This document shows, piece by piece, positions 51,301 to 64,000 of a stretch of DNA of 64,000 nt. Each line of letters opens with the position of its first letter. The stretch's first letter is position 1. The stretch comes from Stylophora pistillata. Its lineage: Eukaryota. The position numbers and the translations under genes were made by a program. The stretch spans positions 89,728 through 153,727 of the forward strand of contig NW_019218372.1 of assembly GCF_002571385.2 (NCBI RefSeq), read 5' to 3'. A model generated the notes under the pieces. It did not search any database. It worked only from the letters and a program-made list of their open reading frames with translations, and was not told the origin of the DNA.

Positions 51301-53435
51301 GTTTGCTAAAGCAAGTTATCTTTTGTAAAGAACAAGCAAGATAATAGGTTTTGCGCTTGGTAAAGCAATATAGAAAAATGTTTTTTGTCCTGTCACGAGC
51401 GTAGGACAGAAAAAATTCCGAGTCCCCATGAGAAATGGAACCTCAGACCTTCGGATTCCGCGCTGCGATCCTCTACCTCTGGGCCACAGCGACTTTATGG
51501 TGAGCAAGGCCTATTGCAACGTTCATATGTGACACGCTTCTTGCATACTACTAGGATCGGCAATGTCGATAGCGTCATGTTTTGTAAATAGAAAAAGAAA
51601 GATGGTAAGTTATCTATTTCTTAATTTTGATGAATCGAGCATGTAACTCTCTACCTTCTGGCTAACAAAAGCCTCCTTGCTGATTCCAGATTTATTCCAG
51701 TGTTTTTGTGATGGAAACCGAGGGAAGAGATGATCCTGAGCAGGTGGAGTTACCTAAGGTGCTGGGCGATCTGTTTGAGGCTGTCGCTGGTGCCATGTAT
51801 CTGGACTGTGGTGCAGACATTGAAATGGTGTGGGAAGTCTATCTGCCGATTCTCAAGCCCTCGATGGGTGAGTACGCAGAAATTTCCATTTACTAATTTT
51901 CACCTATAGTTAGTTTGGCTTCACTTCTTTCTGTGATGTGCGAGACCTTTTTTTTCAACCGGTCAGATGCAAAACTAAATTACAGACGAACCTCCTCTAA
52001 CGGCCATCTCTCTACAATGGCCACCTCTCTACAACGGCCACCTCTCTACAATGGCCACCTCTCCACAATGGCCACTATTTTTGGTCCCGGTGGGCTGTCT
52101 ATACAGTCACCCCTACCTTTCCATAATGGCCACCTCTCCACCATGGCCACTTTCTTCTGTCCTCCGGGTGGCCGTTTTGGAGAGATTCAACTGTAATGGA
52201 GACTTGGTTGCCCGCAGTTTGCTTGTTTTTGCTTGGGTTTTGGATTTTACGATAGTTACAGACATTTTCTCCAATATTTCTGGTTTATTTCTTTAGATTA
52301 CTACTCAGAGCATCCTCCCATGTCAGCCATTCGGCGATTGTTGGAGATGAAGCCTTATGCAGCCAAGTTTTCGTATGTACCACTCGTCTACTTATTCATT
52401 ACGTTCATGACCATGGAGAGATTTAGGAATGAAGACGAAAGGCTTTCTTAACGGCGCGCGTAATGATGTGAACGCCATTGCGTTGTAAACGAGATGTATA
52501 AACCTTCAAAATTGCGACGCAACTTTTTTACTTAAGACTTCCGCTTAAAATCACTCGCATTCCAACGATTTTGTAAGCTGTTGTTTCCTCATTTTGCGTT
52601 GCGTTGTGTTTGCTAAATCTCCCTACTACATATTTAGGATCAGGTGTATCAGAGCCAGTAGAGCACAACTGTTATTAATCCTTAAGATGCTGCAAGAGTT
52701 CGGGATCGAACTGATTGTGCCGGAGGACAGGACCTGTGCTCGAGCCGGGACGACTTTCCGTGGTAGGGAAGGGGGGGGGTGGCTTTGGGAATAGTTTAGG
52801 AAATTTCACGCCTCTCTTTTTCGAAGGTCTGCGAAGGTAAAATATAAGAGTGTGTTCCTTTTTCCCCGACAAACTTTTATCGCATCCTGAGTCTTTATTT
52901 TGATCTCACATTCGAGTAAAGCTGATGGGTGATTAAAAATGCAAATTGGCAGCACACTGAACACCAGATTTACCGGTTCGGTCTCATGCTTTAGCCTGTA
53001 AAGTCAATTTATTCGTTTCTCAGACAAGACACTTTTCTCCCATGCTGCATCTCGGGGTGGAGGGGTGGGGGAAGGAGATTAATGTGGATACAGTAATAAT
53101 ACTACTCTTACTCGAATAATAATACTCTTACTCGAAGGAAAAGCACTTTTGTATTCTCAACAATTAGATGGCTCTGATCGTTGTTGACCAGTTGATTACA
53201 ATGCTCGCCAGTCCAATTTCTCTTTTTCCTCATTTTGTCTTTTTCTTTTTCATCTTTTGCTGTGGAATCACTTTGTAGGCCGGTAGAGAGAATGGTGGAT
53301 GGTAAATTCAAATGTACCCTTACTGTAACAGGTTGTGGAACTTTCGTTGCCACGGGAAGAAATTTCCGAATTGCAAAATCAACAGCTGCCCAGAAAGCCC
53401 TAAGGGCTCTTCAGCAGATGGAGTCAGAGACATAA
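42366..53435 (+). CDS. DICER: Dicer endoribonuclease with one in-frame TAG (50611-50613); exons 42366-42570, 43115-44556, 45160-45326, 46193-46334, 46791-46936, 47400-47511, 48082-48261, 48691-51270, 51690-51867, 52297-52372, 53279-53435
   Basis: Degenerate DExH helicase, DUF283 (LVNSYCGKFP..LP.NSP..AALEACRLLH..EL.DDL.P), PAZ (TFAEYVK.RY..LDQPMLDVDH.SSRLNFL), YLIPELC..HP, RNase IIIa ERLEVLGDSF / KSIADCTEALMGA, RNase IIIb EQLEFLGDA / PKVLGDLFEAVAGA, dsRBD GRNFRIAKSTAA. Confidence 0.93.
44824..44956. repeat. Near-perfect 133-bp palindrome (foldback MITE) in Dicer intron 2
   Basis: catgacaggatggaaaa...gcactgtaagtacctcctgttgtccca / tgggacaacaggaggtacttacagtgc...ttttccgtcctgtcatg. Confidence 0.9.
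45545..45656. mobile_element. Permuted/inverted fragment of the tRNA-derived 251-bp repeat
   Basis: TSD agtagtagtcatt at 45532-45544 and 45657-45669; internal perfect palindrome 45599-45656. Confidence 0.8.
46521..46730. mobile_element. piggyBac-like MITE; further copies at ~54611-55200 (interrupted) and ~61150-61335
   Basis: taaacccttt ... gagggtta termini; shared body gaataaaggaaatgatc...gctcttgattgttaaacaaattc. Confidence 0.65.
47034..47297 (-). mobile_element. tRNA-derived repeat, just over one monomer (terminal redundancy)
   Basis: Starts and ends with acgtatgatgcatgatcc; near-TSD ctaatttaca / ctaattaaca. Confidence 0.85.
51330..51610 (-). mobile_element. Degenerate tRNA-derived SINE-like repeat
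   Basis: Minus strand ggtagaggatcgcagcgcggaatccgaaggtctgaggttccatttctc has A/B-box-like spacing. Confidence 0.55.
51981..52195. mobile_element. Tc1/mariner-like MITE with internal tandem repeats
   Basis: ta-cagacgaacctcctctaacggcca ... tggccgttttggagagattcaactg-ta; repeated ggccacctctctaca units. Confidence 0.75.
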
Positions 53436-53959
53436 TCCCAAAAATCAATCGTCACTGATTTTTGTATGTTTTTATTTGTTTTGTTAAACTTCGCGCGAGT
53501 AGTAAAACTCCTGCTCCAAAGTAGCTTTTAAAGGACCCATAACGTGGTTATTAAATTTAGTTGAATGTTTTCGTTACTAATTTTTTTATTGCAGAAAAGG
53601 ATTTATTTTTGACAGGTTCACTTTTTTTAGCTTGTTTTTTACACCAACATTGTTCGGGCAGAGTTACTCTTGTTATGCAGTCTATTTTATCGGTATAAAG
53701 AGATTTTAACCCTCAATTTTTATTTTTTTATTTGTTCGGTATTCCTTATTGAAATTATAACATTACTGCCACTTCCCAGTGGACAGTGAGAGAATTTTAT
53801 TGCTGTGCGAGAATATATTTTTAGTATTACATTTTATGGTTTATACGGAGCACGCATTCCATAATAAATTACCTATTATTACTTCGAATTTCTTTTACAA
53901 GCGAACTTTTTTTAACATGTGTTATGTATATATCAGCCTTTATGCTAATGTATATACAG

Positions 53960-54220
53960 TTTTATTAAAATTACAAATCCGAATATTGCATTTTTAGTGT
54001 TCTGATTGGTTTACTCAACTCCGGTTATCAGCTCACCTTATATGGAAATGCATTGCGCCAACTGTTGCGGAGCTGAAAAGCTCTAAATATCGAAATGTTC
54101 AGGATGTAATGGAATTTAACAAAACTGTTATTCCATTCGTGCTTGTTGGATACAAGATTGGTCATAACCAACTTGGTGCTACGCGCTTCGTTGGCGCGCT
54201 CAAAGAGTAATTGTTAAGTA
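53960..54220. mobile_element. Degenerate non-autonomous hairpin element
   Basis: ctgattgg at 54002; hairpin apex ccaacttggtgctacgcgcttcgttgg at 54168-54194. Confidence 0.5.
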
Positions 54221-54723
54221 ATCTTATTTAAAGAGCACATAGGTGCCCTTAATCTAAAACGAACGCCATCGGCCTTCATAAATGGTGCGGAAACTTCCAC
54301 ATCGACGGCGTCAAAATATGACAAAACAATTTATTTACATGTTTGCAATGGCTATACACATCTCCAGAACATACATATCCTGGCAGATCACCTCAGCACA
54401 TCGGTAACCTCCATTGATTGCAGGCCTATTAGATCGTAACCCTGCGGACAAATGCCTTTGAAATCATAACTGGTTACGGTAACAACTGGTTAAAAACCTT
54501 TTTGTGGCTAGATCGGTGCTTTCAGGTTAGGTATGCGATGAAATCTCACCTACATTTTAACACTCGTTTGCACAGCGGATATTTTGCAGCTATTTGGTTA
54601 CTGATGCCATGAACCCTTTATACTCTCAGGGTGACTGACTAGTATCTAATTTATTTCCAAGGAATCACTGCTGAATCAAACATTCAGCTCATGAGAATAA
54701 AGGAAATGATTGCGAGCTTGACA

Positions 54724-55084
54724 CAGGGTTCCCGCGCTCTTTGAAAGTCCTTGAATTGAATTCCTTGTTTTCAAGGACTTGATCACCCTTGAATTTAGAC
54801 TGAAGTCCTTGATAATAAGTGCAAATGAATCAAAGTCGAAGTTTTCTTTTGTTTTCGGAGTCGAAAGTGTAAGTTTCTGGCAAAAATCGTGGAAACGAGT
54901 TCTCCTTTTAAATCCCGCGTCCGATTATGATGTTTCACACGTGATTTTTATATATTTTGTATCTGATTAGTGCATTGAAAGTAATCTATTTAATGCAAAA
55001 GGTCCTTGAATTTGAGGGTCAAGGTCCTTGAAAATGACCTAAAAAGTCCTTGAATTGGGTTCCTGAAAAAGTGCAAGAATCCTT
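54724..55084. mobile_element. hAT-like MITE nested in the piggyBac-like MITE
   Basis: cagggttc start; repeated agtccttgaa units; flanked by ttgaca duplication; host MITE resumes after it. Confidence 0.6.
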
Positions 55085-57389
55085 TTGACAAGCTCTTGAA
55101 TTGAACTGCAGTCTCCTTATCAGTCGCATAGTAAATGTATATATATAACAAACAACAGTAGTGAGAATACATGCATCTCCTGATGTTAGGGTGTGGAGGG
55201 TGTTTCCTCGAGGTCCCTTTGGGAAATCGATGTACTAAAATAACTAAATCTCCCCGAGGCATTGTAATGGACCGAATGAATATTTCTCACGATCCTTTTC
55301 GTTACTTTCAGTGTCTCCAAACCTTAGCTGTATTACAGGGAGTTTGCTCTTACGTGTTAAGTAACCAGCATCAGTTCTCTCGCCCAGATCGTTAGCATCA
55401 CAGTTGCATTTGAATTTTGGAAATTTGTAGCAGTTCTCGGCTTTGAAACACCCACATGAGTTGCTATAAGGGTCAGCACCACCCCAGTAGTTCTAGGAGC
55501 TTCCATCATGAGCTACCCACCAACCGTACGGGCCCCCTACTAAGTCACCGTAATTTGCAATAAGCATTGATTTGCTGCATGTATAACTGATCTACTGACT
55601 GCAGCTTTCGGAGACGGATGCCACCGCGGCCATTTGTGACAGTGAAAGTGAGTAAGTGACGTCTCGCCTGTATGACCCCGTAGCTTCATAACCGTCGACT
55701 AGTTCGAGGCCATTGACGTCGAGGGTAAAAGAAGCAGTTCCCGATGCTCCGTTGAAAAAACAGTACACTGAGAAAGGATGCAGTCCTCCATGGCCATCGG
55801 GATCAGTCGTGTGGTGACCGTTAGTGGCGCCAGGGTTTTGCGATTTGACTCCAGCGCACGTCTTTGGTGTGGAAACTGAAAAAAAAAGTGCTAATTGCAC
55901 CGTCTGTTATCGTTACTTGCAATACACTTCTTGTGGTTTCCTTATCTTGAATATAATTTTCAGTTGGTTAAAAAGTGATCAATAGCCTTAGATAAACTTG
56001 AGGCTTTTCACCAGAGATACTTCTTCAGTGTAAAGAGTATCCCTCTTGGAGAGTAGGCGATAAAAGTCCACAAAGATTCGCTATCAGATCTTGGCTAAGC
56101 TATTGGCTTGATCCTTTTTTTTCTTTAGCCCGTTCGACTCTCCAGAAAGAGACTTTCTACATGCAGCTTCTCCAGACTGCGACTGCAGCCGCCCATTCGT
56201 TTTTGTTAACGAATTATCTCAGCAAAAAAGCGAAATACATTTCTTTATTTTACGTAATACTTCAAAATGATTTATGAGCAATGTCCGTGATTTAATACGT
56301 GTGATTCAGAAACAAACGCCGCCGTCAAGAAAAAAGCCGTTCTTGAAAAAACGTCCGATCGGAAACGCTGTAAACGTTTTGGCATACGAAGATTGAGCAT
56401 ATACGTTAATTTCATATGTCATTGTTTATGACATAACATTTGACTATATCTTCTTCCATCTTTCGTCTGGATGGCGTCGGTTTTACAGATACCTAATAAC
56501 CAGAAACCAGTGGCATAACAAGTCGTTCCCTACCTATGTCATAGTGATCTCCTGTTGTTCCGGCACTGCACCGATGTGTATCTATTCACTTGGTTTCTAC
56601 AAGTGCCCCCGTTCTGACGTGGATTGCTGGCACATTCTTCCCTATCTGTGAGGGGCGAAGATAGACATGCAATGCAAAATAAATTCTTAGAACTGTCTCA
56701 AAATAGGATAAGTGAGGCACTTACGCAAGTAAGGAGCATTTCTCCCCTGCGCATGCACTTAGCCTTATATACCAATATAACAATATTTGCGCCAAGTGTG
56801 AATGATAAACTTTTCTCTGTTAGTTCCGTTTGGTGCCATCACGGAGTAAAAAGAAAGTGGAGTGGGGACTCAAATCAGACATCTTTTTCGCTTCTTTGGT
56901 TCCCGCAAACGACAACCTTATATTAAACACTCTACTTGACTATTATCTCTGAAGGGTCACTGTACTAAAATAACAAAATTCTGGCGTCATAAACAACCTT
57001 TATGACAAGTGTTTCCCTCATATCCTGGTTGGCAAACGCAATCGAAGCCATTGACCCGGTCGACATAGGTGCCTCTATTTCTACAAGGGTTTGATGAACA
57101 TTCGTCGACACTCTCACTTTAAAAGACACTGATTTATCCCGCATTAAGTTAGAAGAATTAGATGGCCTTCAGTGTCTCTCTGAGCTTTGCTTACTCTTAC
57201 AAGCTCACTGACACCTTCCTCCCTCTCCCCTCCCCCTCCCCCTCCAAACCTCACACCCTCCCCCTGGTGATAAGAAGAGTACTCTACTAAAGGGTTAAAC
57301 AAAAAAACGTGGTAAGACAAGAGATCGAGCATCTCCACCTGAAAATCTTAAGTTTGTCCCCTTTGAACGAAATGTATAAACTCAACAAA

Positions 57390-57700
57390 TTTGAATATAT
57401 GGAAATCATCTGTGTATACTGCGGTTTCATGAAAATGTATGAAAGCGACCCTCGCAGTAATGAACCCTAGCTATTTTCGTATATTCAAGTTAATTTATTT
57501 ATCACTTCGACGGGTTTAATACGAACCAACAGAACCAACATAATGATCAGCTCCCAGTTGGCTTGTTAGCTCAGTTAGCACTGTACCGGTATCGCAGAAG
57601 TCATGGGTTCAAGTCCCGTGCGGGCCTGAATTTTTTTCAGGCCTTATTTCCACTACTACATGACTGAGTTCATTACTGCGAGGTTCGCTTTCATACATTT
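57390..57700. mobile_element. Diverged tRNA-derived repeat with inverted 5' part
   Basis: ggcttgttagctcagtt...ggttcaagtcccgtgcgggcctgaatttttttcagg; inverted aatgtatgaaagcgaccctcgcagtaatgaa / ttcattactgcgaggttcgctttcatacatt. Confidence 0.75.
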
Positions 57701-59204
57701 TTATGAGAGAGTGTTTCCGGACTAACCTGTTTGACAAGTTTCTCCACTAAAACCAGGTAGACAGGAACAGGCAAAGTCTCCTGTTTCGTAGTTTAGAATA
57801 CACTTTCCACCGTTTCTGCATGATCAACTGGAACATAGTGTCTGAAATTTTTCAGAGATTGTTTAATAAAACCAAATTAATTTATTGAAATGGAATTCGC
57901 ATCTTAGGAAAAATACTGGTTTAGAGAATAAAGACTAAATTCAAGTTACAAGAAATAGGGAAGAGTCTTAGGGGGTGTCACCAAAGAGCCTTCACTGAAT
58001 TGATTTCACAATGTTTTACCATCAATTATGTGCATACCTTGATGCTGTAATGATGATATTCTTGTCAAATAACCAGCTGTCCTGGACTTGCAAATTATTT
58101 ATCTCCGTTTAGTTAGCGACTCGCATGGAAATTTATCGTCTAAACGTGGAGATGAGGCGACGTTGATCGAGGCACATGATGGATTGTTAACACAGCTCTG
58201 AGCACACTCTCTGTAGTTGCTCACTACACTCGATAAACCAACTGATACTTGAAGACGATGGGACTTGTCGACTGCGAAATTGCCGTACGATATATACTCG
58301 AGTTCCTGACACATGGACTCCTCGTTTTAGACCGCTTCTACCGTCCCACATAGTTGTGGGCCGTGCTGGGAGCGAGAATGCTCGAAAAGAAAAGATAAAC
58401 AAGTTATGAAATAGATAGTTTAGCAGGCACGGCAACGAAAAGCAGCACGGTTAGCCTCTGTTGACTTTTTGTTTGCGCCATGTTCTGCAAAGTCACACAG
58501 AAAAGCTGCGAAGAGCACCTGCGTCTCAATGATATCAACGGCATATGGTATGCCTCTTACTTTTATCCCATTCTTAGGCATTGTAAATTGTGAAGGAAAT
58601 ATTTGTTGGTAATATAGCTACTTTATATGTGTAAAGTCTTCAAGAATATAATGCAAGAGGTCGATAATCCTTTCTATGGGAAATTAAGTCGGTTCTATCC
58701 CCATTGAAATCTAGACCCTTGTTAACATGTCGCGCTTTAACGTGATTCTAAGTGCTTGAAGAAACAAGGAAGTAATTCACACTTTAGAACTTGGCACCCA
58801 TCAATCTTTGGAGACGTTTTCAACTGATGAAACGCATCCGGTCAAGTGCGAAAAAAGCTGGCTTCCTAGAGCCAAAATTTTTGGATTCTTCGACTACTCA
58901 TGGTGTTGAATCTTACATTCAATGGCCCAAATTTCTTCCAAATGAATTGAAATAATTTAACAAGAACGAACGCACAAAAGGGTTTGGGTTTGTTTTCCTC
59001 TCATTATTTGTGACAAGATGGTAACTGTGGGTGTGGCTTGAAAACCAATTTTACTCATGAAGAAACAGCATTTCAAACAAAGAAAATAGTTTATCCGAGA
59101 AATTCACCATTTCGCAGTTGGCAAGTGTTCAAGTGAAAAAACGTGCGCGAGACCTGGATCGAATTAAGAAGAGGAGAGAGATCTGGGCTGCAACTAGGAA
59201 TAAT

Positions 59205-62200
59205 ATGGCGGACAAGCAGAACTTAGATTTCGAAGAAATTCACTTCTTTCCAATTCCCTCGCAAACGAATATCTATGGTCTAGCAAAAATCGACGGAAAG
59301 GAAGAAGAAAGAAAGCTATTTCTGGCTTCCCTCAGTGGCAGTGTGGTTTGCTTGGAATACCCGCAGAATTCACTTGTGCCGACCTTCAGAGAGGTCCCCT
59401 TCACCTACATCCCAGGTTTGTAAAATAATTTGCACTCCCCGCCTCTGAACTATGCTGGACAATGGAGACGTGAGAATCAAATCATTGAAGTCACACCCAG
59501 ACCGTCTGTGGGTTACACGGAAAAATAGTTAAAATCACGCCCAGCTCTTCACAGGAATTTTTACTTATCTATTACATCATCCCCTTTTATTTATTTATTT
59601 ATTTATTTATTTCAGATTCAGCAGAAATCGTATCTATTGATGCGTTTAACAGACCTGAAACAAGAAAAGGACTAGTAGTGGGGATATCGTTAATTTTGTT
59701 AAAGGTACATAGTATTTGATAGTGAATTAGTGTATTTGAAGGTAGACATTTTTTCCTTTCTAGTATGGCAAACCATTTTGGCCAAACTGTGACTAAAGGT
59801 TCTTTAGGGACCAGTCTTTTATTAGGGGGGAGTGGCTGATGCGTTTTATTTTTCCTATTCATAATGTCTTGTGGGCCTGATCTTGACACTGCATAATGTA
59901 ATGTGGCCCCCCTTTGAGTCTGGACATGAAATAAAATGACCCACCCTCAACCACAGAAACAGTTTTGATACAACTTAAATAAAACTCACAAAACTATTTA
60001 AAGCAAAAATAAGAGAAAGGCACAGAAGAGAAAAGCTGGATGAGAATAAGAGAATTTTGGTTTCATTAATCTCCAAGCTACTGTCTGATGGTGAGATTCC
60101 AGTTAAGGAAGTCAATGTAGCTGCTCTAATATCCTTAAAAGGGACACAAGTTTCTCGGCTAAAGCAAATGATGGAAATAGGGCTTATAAGTGATCAATCT
60201 TGTACAATAATTAAAGAGTACTTGCCCTCTATCAGCTCTTCAAACAGTGAATCAGAAGACAGTGATACTGAGTAATACCGAGTAATACATGAATTTTTTT
60301 TTTCAACATGAAAGGACTGACATACACCATGTCATGTTGGTTTATTATGCCATTATTTTGATAATAAATCATATTTGACTTTGTTGTTGATTCCTTCAGT
60401 GATGTTTCTTTTTTGTGGAACGGAAATTGGAATGCACAAAAATATGTGGCCATTTTCAGGTGCACAAAAAGGTTTGACACCCACCCCGTTTGCATCAGTC
60501 CACCCCCCCTCTAATAAATGACTGGTCATATATCAGCAATATTATCTTTTCAGAGACTGGTAATAAGTTACATTATAATCTCTGAAAATGTGTAGCCAAA
60601 ATCTTAGGTGTTATCTAAAATTACTCATTTTCAAATCCCATGATTTTGGTGTATGAGTACAGTGCCGACTAGCAAGTACATACCTTTGAGCAAATTAACT
60701 TGAGTTGTGTCCTTTATTTTATTGAGTTTATCTCACAGAGATCCTATTCTGGTGCCTGTCACCTTTCTGTGTTCATTCTCTCTATGATTTTAAGCAACAT
60801 TGAATCCTTTTGTAGAATTCTAGAAGTCACCAAAAACAGTTCCTCAACATCTATTCAGCTTTGGAAAGTAGGTCAGAGTTCTCACTGGGTAGTCTTGCAG
60901 GTACAGTGAGCCAATAACACATTGTATGCAATACAGCTACTCTAACTTCTGTGTAACTTAGCATGTTATTAGGCATCAGTCATTCTGTAGTGAATCTTTG
61001 TTTATATTATGTTTTTTTTTATCTTAAGTTATTTATTATTTATCTACTAGTACTATTTGTTTTTTTTACAGAGGGCTGTCAACATCTTGAATTGAACTTT
61101 GTCCCTTTCCAGCTGACACATGCTGAGTAAGAAGTCCATAAATGTTATATTTTTTTCCCTTACAATGTCACCCCTGAATAACATATAAGGGTCTGGAGAA
61201 TCATGGAAACAATCAGACCACCTAAAGAAGCTCTTGATTGTTAAACAAATTCTCCTTGCAAGCAGCCTCGGAAATGTATAGAGAGCAGTATGGGGAATAC
61301 AGTGTATGCAGACTGATGTGTGTGTCGAAGGAGGGGGATATAAGACTTAAACGTGAGGAGACTCGTCAAAGAGATTTGTCAGTGCCTTATTTACCAGGAC
61401 TTATGGAAGTCTTTGCTTTGAAAAATCTAAATAACAGGTCTTGATATTAACATATGAACTGCTGCTATGTCATTGTTCATGCTGAGACCTTACAATATAA
61501 TTTGAAATTTTTTTGGTGTGACCTCACACACTCTCAATTTATTTAATAATTAGTAAATAAATTCATGTATTTGCCTTTGGCAGTGTTTTTGTGAAGGAAA
61601 GAAAGCAAATTGTGTTTTTGCTTTGTGGAAGTGATGGAAAGGTGCACATGTTTTGTGAGGTTAGCAGATTTTATAATTACCCTTGGCTATAACTCCCAAA
61701 ACTGATAAATGGTAATTAACATTAACATTGTAGTGCCAGTTCAATATCTGGGAAACAAGGGATGACAATTAACATATTTTATTACATAAAGAGTGTTGTA
61801 CGGATCATGTAATTTTTGATCAAGTGTTAACAGTAATGTGGGACTGCTTTTGTTTTGCTCCTTTCTACTGAGTAATTGGTTGAGAAAACCTACACCACCC
61901 TTATAAAAAAAGTAAGATGTAAAAATACAACAGCTGAGCCTCAGTCACTTGCATTTTCCTGTGCCTGGAGCAATTTGCTTGGGTTTTCTTTTAGTTCTTA
62001 TTGATTTGGTGTTATGATATCCAAGCAAAGCACTTTTTGCAACACTAAATTATTTGAACTAACTTACAAAGAGAGGTATATCAGCAGGAATAGAGAATTG
62101 CTAAACTTGAGTATCCTGAATCCTTTCTTTAACCCAATACTGCTTCATTTATGACTTGTAGTTAATACCTACAACTGCTGCATCTGGATTTTGCTTTAAC

Positions 62201-63840
62201 ATTTTAAGAGGACCACCTTTGCTAGGTTTTGGAAGGGCCCACGCTACCAGCTGTATGGTTGGTGCAACTGTGTTTCTAAATTTGCCACAGTTTAGCCCTT
62301 TAACTCCAAAGATCTGTTTGTTAATTCTCCCCTCTAGGTGCTACACATTTTGTTGTAGATTAGTTACAAGTCAGAATTAGGTGTTAGATCAAGATAACAG
62401 CTTCTATCTGATAAATTTCAGTATTCTCATTACCTCTTTGCTGGATAATGTATGGATATTAAAGGGAGAACTTACATGTTAATCGTGGAGGCGCAGTGGC
62501 CTCATGGTTAGTGCAGCCGACTCCGGATCGATTGGTCCGGGTTCGAGCCTCAGCCGGGACATTCTGTTGTGTTCTTAGGCAAGACATTTTACTCTCACAG
62601 TGCCTCTCTTCACCCAGGTGTATAAATGGGTACTGTCAGTTTAATGCTGGGGGGTAACCCCACGATGGACTGGCATCCCATCCAGGGGAGAGTAGAAATA
62701 CTCTTAGTCACTTCATGCTACAAACCGGAGTTAAGCACCGGCCTAATGGGCCACTAGACTTGTAAACAGACTTTACCTTTACCTTACATGTTAATCACCT
62801 CTAGATCAAGATAGCAGGTTCTACCTGATAAATTTCAGTATTCTCATTACCTCTTTGCTGGATAATGTATGGATAATAAAGGGAGAAGTTACATGTTAAT
62901 CACCTCTGGGAGTTAACAGTTTCTTATAAATTGCAGGAAAGGACTCAGCAGAGGTTTGAGGAGCAACCAGTTCAAAACTTTTTTCCTGAGCTGCAAAATT
63001 TGCCAAGCAAGTAAGTGGTTTCTTACACCACATCCTCCGTGTTGAGAATTTGATGGTGATGTGCATTTCCTAAGATCATGGAAATCCGTTAAAAATACTT
63101 TGTGTATTTAAGCTATCAACAGGTATCACTCTGAAACATGTTTAATTAACTGTTCGCGCTTTGCTCTTTGTGCAGTGTTCTTTGGTTGGAGGTGGAAACT
63201 TTGGACAATTCTAAACGTGTAACAGTTGTTGGCTGTCAAAACGGGCATGTTAAAGTAGCAGTGACTGACCTTACGAGGGGAAGTATGTTGCCATGGAAAC
63301 TTCTTTTGGTGTTGATTTTTGTTTATCAGTAAAATTGTATTTAATAGATTGAAAAGGTTGTTTTCAAATTCGTTTTGGGCGATGTTGACGGGCAAAGAAA
63401 GTTGTCGTTCTTTTACTCGCCTAATTGATCGGATTTTCCAATTTTAGCACATCTTCCTCTCTGAGATCGTTTTACATTTTGGTGCGAAGAGGAACTTTTA
63501 AGTGTTTTTTAGTTTTGATACATACTTTTTACTGTTTTGGTATTGTTTTTCACAGGTATTGACCAGGTGTACACTTTGGATCGTGATGGACCCATTTCAA
63601 GTGTGAAATTGTTTACGCAAGACTCGAGCAAAATTATCGACGCTACTGGTACAGTTTTAACTGTGCAATACAAAACTTCGTAGACTTCTTTAAAGGCGTC
63701 TGCAGAATTAACTCAAACAAGATTATTTTGTTTCCATTTCTCCTTGCAGATGGTAAAAAGATTGAAAGCGGTCAAACAATTGAAAGAAGGGAATACCATC
63801 TTTTGGTTTGCTGTGCGATTGAAGCAACTGTCGTTTACAC
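59205..63840 (+). CDS. KPTN: Kaptin, KICSTOR complex subunit (3' end beyond window); exons 59205-59415, 59616-59704, 60816-60900, 61072-61126, 61584-61659, 62937-63010, 63176-63282, 63556-63648, 63750-63840
   Basis: HFFPIPSQTNIYGL, EVPFTYIP.DSAEIVSIDAFN, GLVVGI, FLNIYS, LELNFVPFQLTH, FLL.GSD.KVH, FFPEL, GCQNG, DGPISSV.LF, HLLV..AIE..VVY. Confidence 0.92.
62485..62782 (+). mobile_element. Full-length tRNA-headed CORE-type SINE nested in an older MITE (62300-62918)
   Basis: A/B boxes, CORE-like tgtgttcttaggcaagaca...tgtataaatggg, (CTTTAC)n tail, TSD cttacatgttaatc at 62471-62484 and 62783-62796. Confidence 0.88.
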
Positions 63841-64000
63841 GTAAGTATTAGGGACCTTAAGACCACGACGGCTAAGCAATAGAGAAATTTAGCTATGGAT
63901 TTTTGCTAGAAAACGTTATGATTGTTTAGATAAGCTATACTAGGGGCTTGTTAGGTTGTTAATGGTTCTTAAAGAAATTCGGAACTACTTTTATGCGAAT

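Larger units (their letters stand above)
54330..58380 (-). pseudogene. PAN/Apple + EGF repeats + fibrinogen-like (CNTNAP/neurexin-IV type) pseudogene; approximate exons 58039-58378, 57727-57842, 57002-57115, 56534-56645, 55310-55878, 54330-54445
   Basis: ECAQSCVNNPSCASIN..CE (PAN), C.NGGKC..Y..C.C.PGFSGE.C (EGF), DPDGHGGLHPFSVYC, GWWV.HDG, YWGGA, CNCDAND; in-frame stops (e.g. 55592, ~55494) and frameshifts. Confidence 0.8.

Noticed and set aside
51915-52296. Repetitive ORFs (NGHLSTMAT repeats)
   Set aside because: Translation of a MITE's internal tandem repeats
59940-60275. Coding-like acidic-tailed fragment in KPTN intron 2
   Set aside because: Upstream stops and no recognisable domain; probably decayed TE or gene debris that cannot be assigned

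Overview
Eukaryotic, intron-rich, AT-rich genomic DNA from an animal. The repeat and gene content suggest a stony coral (inference). Left third: (1) a spliced gene joining a CARD death-fold exon and a coiled-coil exon in frame to a complete DUF229 (alkaline-phosphatase-like) domain; (2) a tandem segmental duplication with two class A peptide-type GPCR copies. Copy A is intact although its intron 2 holds a ~9 kb nest of transposons (LINE, IS3EU-like DDE transposon with a spliced CUE+HECT ligase cargo, second LINE, tRNA-derived repeat). Copy B has a premature stop. After a 61-N gap: a Polycomb CBX gene, two intronless orphan ORFs, tRNA-Gly(CCC), ALKBH6, an intronless BTB-Kelch gene, a 12-exon Dicer (degenerate helicase, one in-frame TAG between RNase IIIa and IIIb), a PAN/EGF/fibrinogen-like pseudogene and the 5' part of kaptin (KPTN). 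Notable non-coding signals: a minimal hammerhead ribozyme, a permuted/tandem tRNA-derived 251-bp repeat, and several sequence-unrelated hairpin elements sharing a strand-specific GA/GA + GNA-loop apex. Exon boundaries were read by eye from GT/AG sites and frame continuity; no database searches were run.
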